DNA of 25,187 nucleotides from an uncultured Gammaproteobacteria bacterium (GTDB taxonomy: Bacteria > Patescibacteriota > Patescibacteriia > Patescibacteriales > Patescibacteriaceae): assembly GCA_964643015.1 (NCBI GenBank), contig CAZXQE010000001.1, positions 1 to 25,187 on the forward strand, written 5' to 3'. Within the stretch, counting starts at the first letter, position 1; every line of letters starts with the position of its first letter. The notes under the pieces are model-generated. The model saw only the letters and a program-made list of their open reading frames with translations, was not told the origin of the DNA and did not search any database. Of this stretch, positions 1 through 7,267 are shown piece by piece. The position numbers and the translations under genes are program-made.

Positions 1-2
1 TT

Positions 3-428
3 GGTTTTTATGATGGCAGTGATGCTAATAAATTGGCTGAGATGCGTAGCGATGAAATGAAAGATAAGCTTGATAATATCTTGAAAAATCATTTTAAGTT
101 AGAATTCTTAAATCGTATTGATGAGATTGTTATTTTTAAGAGCCTGAGTAAGGAGGCCATTAATAACATTGTTGATTTAGAATTGCAAAAAGTTGGTCGT
201 CGCTTAGCTCTTAAAGGCATTAAATTTAAAGTTACTGCTAAAGTGAAAAAACATATTGCTGACAAGGGCTATGACATTACTTTTGGTGCTCGACCGTTAA
301 AACGGGTTATTCAAAATCAAGTTCTAGATGAGCTAGCTTTAGAAATAATTGAAGGAAAAATCAAAGAAGGCAATGTGGTTACCGCTGAATTAGAAGCTGG
401 CCAGAGAGTTGTTTTTAAAAGAGATTAA
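3..428 (+). CDS. clpC: ATP-dependent Clp protease ATP-binding subunit, ClpC-type; 3' fragment, 5' end outside the window
   Basis: The frame is open from position 3 (xGFYDGS...). It carries EFLNRIDEIVIF and the sensor-2 motif GARPLKRVI of the ClpA/B/C D2-small domain. An (I/L/V/F)GF motif at the window edge resembles the ClpP-docking loop and favours ClpC over ClpB. Confidence 0.8.
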   Translation, partial: GFYDGSDANKLAEMRSDEMKDKLDNILKNHFKLEFLNRIDEIVIFKSLSKEAINNIVDLELQKVGRRLALKGIKFKVTAKVKKHIADKGYDITFGARPLKRVIQNQVLDELALEIIEGKIKEGNVVTAELEAGQRVVFKRD

Positions 429-438
429 TTATAAAAAA

Positions 439-2058
439 ATGGAATTATTGCGTCGAAAATTTAGAATTATTATTGGTTGTTTAGTTATTTTAATGGCAGT
501 TTTTAGTGGTGTTAAAATAGCTAGGGCGGCTGAATTTAATCCTAATTTGATTATCACTGATCAAGAAATAACTGACACAAACGCCATGAGTTTGGCGGAA
601 ATTCAAAAATTTCTCGAAGAACGCAATAGTTTTTTGGCAACCTATCAAACAACCGATTATTATGGGGCCACTAGAACGGCAGCTGAAATAATTTATAACG
701 CCGCAGTTAATAATTATGATTGTAGCGGTATTGATATGATTAATTCGCAAGATTATAACGAAGCTAAAAGTAAGTGCCCCAAGATTCATATTAGTCCTCG
801 TTTTTTAATTGTTTTACTACAAAAAGAACAAAGTCTAATTGAAAGCAGTTCTAAACCCAAGCAAAGTCAGCTAGATTGGGCAGTCGGTTATGGTTGTCCA
901 GATAATGCTGCTTGCGGTGAGCGTTGGCGCGGTTTTGGCAAGCAAGTTAATGCTGCAGCACTGCAGTTTTATGATTATATTGCCAATCCCCGTTACTATA
1001 AGTACCAAGTCGGCCAGACTTATATTGTGACCAATACTGGTAAGGAGGCAAGTGAGATAATTCCAGCTAATAAAGCAACAGCCGCTCTGTATAATTATAC
1101 CCCCCATGTGTATAATGGAAATTATAATTTTTGGAAATTATGGCAAAGATATTTTACTCAGCTTTATCCTGATGGATCGTTATTGCAAGCTACTGGAGAG
1201 GAAACAGTTTACTTAATTCAGTCTGGTCGCAAAAGACCATTCTCTAGTAAAGGAGCTCTAGTTTCTCGCTTTGATATCAACAAGATCGTTGCTGTTCGCA
1301 AAGAAGATTTAAATAGTTATCCCGATGGTGCTCCGATTAAATTTCAACAGTATTCCTTAGTTCAAGCCCCTTCTGGTGCTATCTATTTGTTAGTTGATGA
1401 TAAGCGACGCGGCTTTACTAGTCAGAAAGCTTTTACCAAAATGGGCTTTAATAAACGAGAAGTTATTAAAGGTAGCTGGGATGAATTGGCGGCTTATAAA
1501 GAATCAACACCAATTACTGTAACTTCAACATACCCTACTGGGGCATTGTTACAAAATAAGAAAACCGGCGGAGTTTATTGGGTTGAAGAAGGAAATAAAT
1601 TTCCTATTTGGGATAGACAAATATTGTCTAATAAATTTGCCAAACAAAGAATTATTCCTGTTGATGATAAGGAGCTGGCAGCCTATAAAACTGGTGAACC
1701 AGTTAAGTTTGATAATGGCAGCTTGATTAAAGTTGATGGTGATCCTAATGTTTATTTAGTCGATCGTGGTCAAAAGCGTCCGATTGAGAGTGAAAGAATT
1801 TTTAATCATTTAGGCTATAGTTGGTTTAATATTATAACAGTTAATGCCAAACACTTCTCTTTGTATGCTGATGGCCCAGTTATTGAAGATAATTTACCAC
1901 TAGAAATAATAAACCCTGGGGTGGTATCTACAACACCAACAACTACGGTTACTTCAACAGAGTCAAATATGGCTACGACAACAGAATTAAATATGACTAC
2001 AACAACAGATTTAATAAATAATGCCGCCACTACAACAGCGACATCAACTAATAATTAG
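439..2058 (+). CDS. Secreted/surface protein: signal peptide, putative lysozyme-like domain, about 4 beta-rich repeats and a Thr-rich tail
   Basis: ATG at 439 gives MELLRRKFR, a hydrophobic stretch and an A-R-A cleavage site; the track's TTG at 409 overlaps clpC. Motifs: LLQKEQSLI, AVGYGCPD, AALYNYTPH. Repeats follow the pattern YPxG-LL-x-VYL-x-KR. Confidence 0.75.
   Translation: MELLRRKFRIIIGCLVILMAVFSGVKIARAAEFNPNLIITDQEITDTNAMSLAEIQKFLEERNSFLATYQTTDYYGATRTAAEIIYNAAVNNYDCSGIDMINSQDYNEAKSKCPKIHISPRFLIVLLQKEQSLIESSSKPKQSQLDWAVGYGCPDNAACGERWRGFGKQVNAAALQFYDYIANPRYYKYQVGQTYIVTNTGKEASEIIPANKATAALYNYTPHVYNGNYNFWKLWQRYFTQLYPDGSLLQATGEETVYLIQSGRKRPFSSKGALVSRFDINKIVAVRKEDLNSYPDGAPIKFQQYSLVQAPSGAIYLLVDDKRRGFTSQKAFTKMGFNKREVIKGSWDELAAYKESTPITVTSTYPTGALLQNKKTGGVYWVEEGNKFPIWDRQILSNKFAKQRIIPVDDKELAAYKTGEPVKFDNGSLIKVDGDPNVYLVDRGQKRPIESERIFNHLGYSWFNIITVNAKHFSLYADGPVIEDNLPLEIINPGVVSTTPTTTVTSTESNMATTTELNMTTTTDLINNAATTTATSTNN
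1966..2013 (+). repeat. Two imperfect 24-nt tandem copies encoding NMATTTEL / NMTTTTDL
   Basis: aatatggctacgacaacagaatta followed by aatatgactacaacaacagattta; 21 of 24 positions identical. Confidence 0.85.
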
Positions 2059-2061
2059 TTT

Positions 2062-2862
2062 ATGGCTATTGTTTTCGCTGGTTTAGTGCCACACTCACCG
2101 TTACTTGCCCCCAATATTGGTAAAGAATATCGGGTTCAGCTGAATAAAACCTTGGAGGCTTATCAGCAGTTAGCGCAAGATTTAAAGGAGGCTAAGCCAG
2201 AAGTTTTGGTGGTCATTTCTTCTCATGCCGCTAGTGGTGTTGATTGGTGGAATGCTAATGTTTGTCTTGATTATGAAATTGATTTAAGTGCTTTTGGCGA
2301 TTTATTGACTAAAGGTCAATGGTCGGGAGCTTTGAGTTTGGCTGAAGAATTGCAAAACTTTTTTGGTCAAGAACAAGTAGTTCGATTTTATAGTCAACCT
2401 TATCTTGATTATGGTACAGCCATTCCACTGTTACTTTTTGGTGAAGCTCTTAAAGATGTTAAAATTTTACCAATTGGTTATTTAGAAAATAAGCCTCAGG
2501 AGCAAGCTCAATTTGGTCAACGGTTGGGTGAGTTTTTGCGACAATGGCCTGGCAAAGCTGCTGTGATTGGTTCTGGTGATTTGGCTCATTGTTTGGGTTT
2601 GGAACACCCTAATGGATTACAAGCTCGAGGTAAGAAATTTGATCAAAAATTGCAGGAGGCGTTACGAACTAATGATGAAGAAGCAATGTTAAATATTTCC
2701 AAGACCGCGGCTACGGAAACTGGTCAGTGCGCTTGGTTAGCTTATATTACTTTGCAGGCAGTAATGAAAAATCAGCCTGGTTCTTGGCAGAACTTGGCCT
2801 ATGAAGCACCTTTTGGTGTTGGTGGGGCAGTTTGGCGTTGGCGAAAACAAGAAGATAATTAG
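2062..2862 (+). CDS. LigB/MEMO1-like protein (class III extradiol dioxygenase fold, AmmeMemoRadiSam protein B-like)
   Basis: Motifs VPHSPLL, VISSH, LDYGTAIPL, GSGDLAH, CAW and a C-terminal YEAPFGVG. Confidence 0.8.
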   Translation: MAIVFAGLVPHSPLLAPNIGKEYRVQLNKTLEAYQQLAQDLKEAKPEVLVVISSHAASGVDWWNANVCLDYEIDLSAFGDLLTKGQWSGALSLAEELQNFFGQEQVVRFYSQPYLDYGTAIPLLLFGEALKDVKILPIGYLENKPQEQAQFGQRLGEFLRQWPGKAAVIGSGDLAHCLGLEHPNGLQARGKKFDQKLQEALRTNDEEAMLNISKTAATETGQCAWLAYITLQAVMKNQPGSWQNLAYEAPFGVGGAVWRWRKQEDN

Positions 2863-2866
2863 ATCT

Positions 2867-3166
2867 CTAGACGGTAAAGCGATCGGGTCGATCTTGACGA
2901 TAATTGCTAAGTATTTTGAAAAAATATTGCCAGCGAGAACCTTGTTGGCAAAGTTCCTGGGTATCAATAACCGCTTGGCGAATAATTGACTCGGGAAATT
3001 GCTGGCAAGCTTGAAAAACTGATGACCGTTTGAAATTGGGCACGCGTAAGCGCTCAATAACTTCTAGGGCTAATTGTTGCCAAGGATAAGCGGTTGGCTT
3101 GATGACGGTCCTAGGACGATTAAGTATTTGGCTAATATCAGTAAATTCACGGACATCTCGGGACAT
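2867..3166 (-). CDS. Small helical hypothetical protein of about 99 aa, possibly DnaD/DnaB_2-like
   Basis: It is the only ORF filling the gap between flanking genes. Probable ATG at 3166 (MSRDVREF); the track's upstream extension to 3208 is low-complexity. The C-terminus contains YFFKILSNY. Confidence 0.7.
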   Translation of the reverse strand: MSRDVREFTDISQILNRPRTVIKPTAYPWQQLALEVIERLRVPNFKRSSVFQACQQFPESIIRQAVIDTQELCQQGSRWQYFFKILSNYRQDRPDRFTV

Positions 3167-3222
3167 ATTGCGAAAAAAAGATAGAAGTTTTAAGATAAGA
3201 ACACTCAAATTATAACTAAGCT

Positions 3223-3699
3223 ATGAATCAAAAGCAAATTGAAAAAGGAAAAATAAAAAAAATGGTCGTTAATCCTGATCCGCGTTTGCGGCGTATCGCT
3301 CCAGCGGTTGATTTAGCAATGGTTAATGATAAAAAATTTCAGGAGCTGATAATCGATATGGCTAAAACCATGATTGCTAAAGATGGTGTTGGTTTAGCGG
3401 CGCCACAGATTGGTCGTAATTGGCGATTGATTGTTATTAATACAGATGAAGGTATTTGGCCAATGATTAATCCAGAAATCAGTAATTTAAGCAAAGCGAC
3501 AATTGTTATGGAAGAAGGCTGTTTGTCAGTACCTAATGTTTTTGGCCCGGTTCGTCGTTCGAGGTCGCTTAATTGTCGTTATTTTAATGAATTAGGTCAA
3601 GAATGTTTTTTGGAAGCCAAGGGTAATTTGGCCCGAGTAATTCAGCATGAAGTCGATCATTTAGATGGCGTTTTATTTATTGATCATTTAGAAAAATAA
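3223..3699 (+). CDS. def: Peptide deformylase
   Basis: Motifs GVGLAAPQIG, EGCLSVP and QHEVDHLDG. Confidence 0.98.
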   Translation: MNQKQIEKGKIKKMVVNPDPRLRRIAPAVDLAMVNDKKFQELIIDMAKTMIAKDGVGLAAPQIGRNWRLIVINTDEGIWPMINPEISNLSKATIVMEEGCLSVPNVFGPVRRSRSLNCRYFNELGQECFLEAKGNLARVIQHEVDHLDGVLFIDHLEK

Positions 3700-3700
3700 A

Positions 3701-4630
3701 ATGAAGCCGATTAGAGTTCTTTTAGCTGGATCGCCAAAATTAGCTATACCTGCTTTTCAGGCGCTTTTAGATGATCAGCGTTTTGAAATTTTGGGACTCC
3801 TTACCCAACCTGATCAGCCAGCTGGCCGCGGACTTAAGCTAACTCCCCCGTTAGCTAAGGTTTGGGCTTTAGGAAAAGGACTAGCGGTTTGGCAACCAGA
3901 AAAAATTAAATTGTGGCAAAATGAGCTGGCAGGCTTGAAGCCGGATGTTGTGGTGGTGATTGCTTATGGTAAACTAATTCCCGAATCAATGCTTAATCAG
4001 CCAGAGTTTGGCTGGGTTAATGTTCACGGTTCATTACTGCCTAAATATCGCGGAGCTGGCGTATTATTTGCGCCGATAATTAATAATGACAGGGAAACTG
4101 GTGTTTCAATCATGAAGTTGGTTAAAGAAATGGATGCTGGACCAATTATTGCTCAAGAGAAAATAGTTTTGGATAAGCAAGAAACCATGGGCAGTTTGGC
4201 TGAAAAAATTGCGACAGCGGCGGCTGAGATTTTACCGGAAACTTTATTTGGCTATATTCAAGGTCAATTAGTGCCACAAGGACAAGACCAAACCCAGGTT
4301 AGCTATGCTGGTCTAATTTCAACTGGCGATGCCAAGATTGATTGGCAAAAGGAAGCTATTGATATTGAGGCCTTAATTAGAGCAATGCAACCAGCTCCAG
4401 GAGCTTGGACAATGTGGCGCGAGCAAAGAATAAAAATTATTGCTGGCCGAATTTCGGAGCAGGATTGGTTAAATCCTGGTAAAGTTGGTTTGCTGGATGG
4501 ACAATTAGCTGTTGGAACCGGGCTCGGTAGCTTGATTATTGATAAAATTCAACTAGCTGGTCGGCCAGTTGTTTCGGCTCAAGAATTTTTAATTGGTCAG
4601 CCGCAAATCTTAGGGCAGTATTTAGTTTAA
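3701..4630 (+). CDS. fmt: Methionyl-tRNA formyltransferase
   Basis: Motifs TQPDQPAGRG, NVHGSLLPKYRG, ETGVSIM and MDAGPI; lies directly after def. Confidence 0.97.
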   Translation: MKPIRVLLAGSPKLAIPAFQALLDDQRFEILGLLTQPDQPAGRGLKLTPPLAKVWALGKGLAVWQPEKIKLWQNELAGLKPDVVVVIAYGKLIPESMLNQPEFGWVNVHGSLLPKYRGAGVLFAPIINNDRETGVSIMKLVKEMDAGPIIAQEKIVLDKQETMGSLAEKIATAAAEILPETLFGYIQGQLVPQGQDQTQVSYAGLISTGDAKIDWQKEAIDIEALIRAMQPAPGAWTMWREQRIKIIAGRISEQDWLNPGKVGLLDGQLAVGTGLGSLIIDKIQLAGRPVVSAQEFLIGQPQILGQYLV

Positions 4631-4633
4631 AAC

Positions 4634-4662
4634 TAGACAGATTAGAAAAGTTTTGTTATATT
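4634..4662 (+). promoter_or_regulatory. Sigma70-type promoter for tRNA-Glu
   Basis: TAGACA (4634-4639), 17-nt spacer, TATATT (4657-4662), with an extended -10 TGn. Confidence 0.55.
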
Positions 4663-4680
4663 TATCAGCGAATTCATTGG

Positions 4681-4752
4681 GCCGCCATCGTCTAGTGGTT
4701 AGGACGCATGGTTCTCATCCATGTAACCGGGGTTCGACTCCCCGTGGCGGTA
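4681..4752 (+). tRNA. tRNA-Glu, anticodon CTC; CCA not encoded
   Basis: The cloverleaf folds: acceptor GCCGCCA/TGGCGGT, D-loop AGTGGTTAG, anticodon arm CATGG-TTCTCAT-CCATG, T-arm CGGGG-TTCGACT-CCCCG. Confidence 0.95.
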
Positions 4753-4760
4753 CAAAATTA

Positions 4761-4790
4761 TTGACAAAAGACGAATTATTTTGCTACAAT
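4761..4790 (+). promoter_or_regulatory. Sigma70-type promoter for secE-nusG
   Basis: TTGACA (4761-4766), 18-nt spacer, TACAAT (4785-4790), preceded by TGc (extended -10). Confidence 0.7.
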
Positions 4791-4803
4791 AAAGTCAATT
4801 AAT

Positions 4804-4829
4804 AAAACGCTCGGCAAGAGCTGTTTTTT
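4804..4829 (+). terminator. Weak terminator-like hairpin with T-tract upstream of secE
   Basis: AAAAC-GCTC-GGCAA-GAGC-T-GTTTTTT; the GC stem is only 4 bp. Confidence 0.35.
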
Positions 4830-4841
4830 AAATCAAGATTT

Positions 4842-5027
4842 ATGGAAAAAATTGCTGCTTATTTCCGATCGGCTTGGGCTGAAATTAAAAAAGTTAGCTG
4901 GCCGACTAAGAATGAGACTTACAATTACACTTTACTGGTTATCGGTATTAGCCTCGGAACCGCTATTTTCTTAGGTGGTCTAGATGCTATTTTTTCAGCT
5001 GGTTTAAAGCTGTTAATCAAACAATAA
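4842..5027 (+). CDS. secE: Preprotein translocase subunit SecE
   Basis: Motif EIKKVSWPT followed by one TM helix ending in GGLD; lies upstream of nusG. Confidence 0.95.
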   Translation: MEKIAAYFRSAWAEIKKVSWPTKNETYNYTLLVIGISLGTAIFLGGLDAIFSAGLKLLIKQ

Positions 5028-5050
5028 ATTCTAATTTTTAGTTCATTCTT

Positions 5051-5596
5051 ATGGCTAAGCAAACCCTTAATCAAGGACGTCGTTGGTATGTCTTGCACAC
5101 TTATTCTGGTTATGAAGAAAATGTAGCGCAAAACATTAAACAGCGTATTGAATCAATGGACATGGAAGATAAAATCTTCAATGTGATGATTCCAACCGAA
5201 AAGAAAATCAAGATCGTTAATGGTAAGCGTAAAGTTTACGAGGAAAAGATTTTCCCTGGTTATATTTTAGTAGAAATGATTGTAACCGATGATTCTTGGT
5301 ATGCTATCCGTAATACTCCTAATGTTACTGGATTCGTTGGTACTGGCACTATTCCAACTCCAATTGATGAAGCTGAAATCAAAGAACTGCAAAAGAGAAT
5401 GGGATTGGATGAACCTAAGTTCAAGATTGATGTTTCAGTCGGCTCCCCGGTTCGAATTATTGATGGTCCGTTCAAAAATTTGGAAGGCAAAGTTACTGAG
5501 GTTGATGAAAATCGTGGCAAAGTTAAATTGCTTATTTCCATGTTTGGTCGTGAAACACCAGTTGAATTAGATTTCTTACAAATTAATAAGATTTAA
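5051..5596 (+). CDS. nusG: Transcription termination/antitermination factor NusG
   Basis: Motifs WYVLHTYSGYE, FPGYILVEM, VTGFVG, the KOW motif DGPF and FGRETPVEL. Confidence 0.98.
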   Translation: MAKQTLNQGRRWYVLHTYSGYEENVAQNIKQRIESMDMEDKIFNVMIPTEKKIKIVNGKRKVYEEKIFPGYILVEMIVTDDSWYAIRNTPNVTGFVGTGTIPTPIDEAEIKELQKRMGLDEPKFKIDVSVGSPVRIIDGPFKNLEGKVTEVDENRGKVKLLISMFGRETPVELDFLQINKI

Positions 5597-5613
5597 TAAT
5601 TAATTTACCGTAA

Positions 5614-5659
5614 GGTTGGTTGCGGGCCCTTAATAAGGCGCGCTTCTCCGCAAACCGCC
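5614..5659 (+). promoter_or_regulatory. GC-rich structured leader upstream of rplK
   Basis: GGTTGCGG (5618-5625) pairs with CCGC-A-AACC (5648-5656) and encloses a CCTT-AAT-AAGG hairpin; it ends 11 nt before the ATG. Confidence 0.45.
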
Positions 5660-5670
5660 AACAAAATTGT

Positions 5671-6096
5671 ATGGCTAAAAAAATAGTTACTCAAATCAAA
5701 TTGCAAGTTAAAGGCGGACAAGCTAACCCAGCTCCGCCGATCGGTCCAGCTTTGGGTCAACATGGCTTAAATATTGCTGATTTCTGCAGCAAGTTTAATG
5801 ATGCCACTCGTGATAAAATGGGTGAAGTTATTCCAGTAGTTATTACTGTTTATGCTGATCGCTCTTTTGATTTTATCACTAAAACTGCCCCAGCTGCTGA
5901 ATTGATTAAGAAATATGCCAAGATTACTAAAGGTTCTAGTAAACCTTTGAAAGATAAAGTTGGTAGTTTAACCACTGCTCAACTTAAGGAAATTGCTGAA
6001 ATCAAATTGAGTGATTTAAATGCTCGCGATATTGAAGCAGCAATGAATATTATTGCTGGAACTGCCCGTCAAATTGGTGTCCAGATTAAAGATTAA
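5671..6096 (+). CDS. rplK: 50S ribosomal protein L11
   Basis: True start is the ATG at 5671 ([12 protein letters not shown]). Motifs [17 protein letters not shown] and DRSFDF. Confidence 0.98.
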   Translation: MAKKIVTQIKLQVKGGQANPAPPIGPALGQHGLNIADFCSKFNDATRDKMGEVIPVVITVYADRSFDFITKTAPAAELIKKYAKITKGSSKPLKDKVGSLTTAQLKEIAEIKLSDLNARDIEAAMNIIAGTARQIGVQIKD

Positions 6097-6115
6097 TAAT
6101 TTATTTAAATAGATC

Positions 6116-6150
6116 GTGGGAGCTAACTTTTAAGTCAGCACTCGCACCAC
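6116..6150 (+). promoter_or_regulatory. Ribosomal protein L1 autoregulatory mRNA site
   Basis: GTGG-GA-GCTAACTT-TT-AAGTCAGC-ACTCGCA-CCAC: two helices flank an asymmetric GA / 7-nt internal loop, as in known L1-binding sites. It lies 6 nt before the rplA ATG. Confidence 0.7.
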
Positions 6151-6156
6151 AATCCT

Positions 6157-6870
6157 ATGGCTAAAAGAGTCCAAACCAGCAAAGGATCCAAAGCTGGTAA
6201 AGCCCAAAAAGAAGTCCGCCAATTGGTGGAAAAAACCAAGACTTATTCTTTGGTTGAAGCAATGGAATTAGTAAAGAAAACTAATACCACTAAATTTGAT
6301 TCTTCCATTGAAGTTCACTTGCGTTTAGGTATTGATCCTCGCAAAGGCGATCAACAAGTTCGTGGAGCAGTTAGTTTACCACATGGTACTGGTAAAACTG
6401 TTCGTATTGCCGCTTTTGTTAGCGCTGATAACGAAGCTGCTGTAAAAGCTGCTGGTGCTGATTTAGTTGGTGGCGATGAGCTAATTGAAGAAATTCGTAA
6501 AACTGAAAAAACAGATTTTCAGGTAGCAGTTGCTGAACCAGCTTTGATGAGAAATTTAGCGGTTATTGCTAAGATTTTAGGTACTCGTGGTCTAATGCCA
6601 TCACCTAAAAATGAAACCGTTACTACTGATCCAGCTAAAGCTGTGGCTGAATTGAAAAAAGGTAAAGTTAGCTTTAAGAACGATGAAACTGCCAATATTC
6701 ACGTTGCAATTGGTAAGGTTTCTTTTGAAAATGAAAAGTTAGCTGAAAATTTTCAAGCCTTAGTTGACGCTATTAAGAAAAGTAAGCCAGCCGCTTCCAA
6801 AGGTGCTTATATCAAAGGAGCCACAATCTGTTCCACTATGGGGCCTGGTATTCGTGTTTCTTTGAGCTAG
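6157..6870 (+). CDS. rplA: 50S ribosomal protein L1
   Basis: Motifs KFDSSIEV, QQVRGAVSLPHGTGK, LGTRGLMPSPK and STMGPG. Confidence 0.98.
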   Translation: MAKRVQTSKGSKAGKAQKEVRQLVEKTKTYSLVEAMELVKKTNTTKFDSSIEVHLRLGIDPRKGDQQVRGAVSLPHGTGKTVRIAAFVSADNEAAVKAAGADLVGGDELIEEIRKTEKTDFQVAVAEPALMRNLAVIAKILGTRGLMPSPKNETVTTDPAKAVAELKKGKVSFKNDETANIHVAIGKVSFENEKLAENFQALVDAIKKSKPAASKGAYIKGATICSTMGPGIRVSLS

Positions 6871-6894
6871 TTTTAGAATTAGATTTCTAAATAT

Positions 6895-6926
6895 AATAAA
6901 ACCAGTCTTAAGTGACTGGTTTTATT
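6895..6926. terminator. Bidirectional intrinsic terminator between rplA and smr
   Basis: AATAAAACCAGTC-TTAAGT-GACTGGTTTTATT, a 13-bp perfect inverted repeat between convergent genes. Confidence 0.85.
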
Positions 6927-6943
6927 TTTGTTTATTTTTAGTT

Positions 6944-7258
6944 TTAATCAAGAAATGGTAAGTCCACTTCAATTGCTCCATTGCCACCATATTGCGGTTT
7001 AGCTGGCCGTTGACGGTAGCCTTGATTTTTAAGCCAAGTAATAGTAAAAGGCTTAATAACTCCTTCTGGAGCAGCTGAATGGTGGCCTTGTCCAGTTATG
7101 ACTAGTAATTTGACTCCCCCACCTTGATCTAACCAATAGTTAAAAAAACGAATTAATTCTTCTTCGGCCTCACGTCGCGTGCAACCATGAAGGTCAATTT
7201 TGGCTATCGGTGCGGCGAGATATTTATTAACTTTTTGACGAATATTCTTCTTAAGCAT
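6944..7258 (-). CDS. Stand-alone Smr/MutS2 C-terminal domain protein
   Basis: Motifs IDLHG, VITGQGHHS and GGNGAIEV. Confidence 0.9.
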   Translation of the reverse strand: MLKKNIRQKVNKYLAAPIAKIDLHGCTRREAEEELIRFFNYWLDQGGGVKLLVITGQGHHSAAPEGVIKPFTITWLKNQGYRQRPAKPQYGGNGAIEVDLPFLD

Positions 7259-7267
7259 AGCGGTCTT

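Noticed and set aside
490-2030. Minus-strand ORFs 490-789, 871-1107 and 1815-2030, and overlapping ORFs 2737-3057 and 2801-2989
   Set aside because: They are antisense or out-of-frame shadows of better-supported genes, with no recognisable motifs.
2860-2870. Convergent junctions with no terminator (2862/2867 and 24921/24924) as antisense regulation
   Set aside because: Such tight junctions are expected in a streamlined genome, and nothing in the sequence shows regulated overlap.
4730-4760. tRNA 3' end as an integration site for a prophage or island
   Set aside because: I found no duplicated tRNA 3' fragment and no integrase, and the flanking genes are core.
4925-5570. ORFs 4925-5131, 5260-5541 and 5289-5570
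   Set aside because: They lie within or opposite secE and nusG and are explained by codon bias of the real genes.
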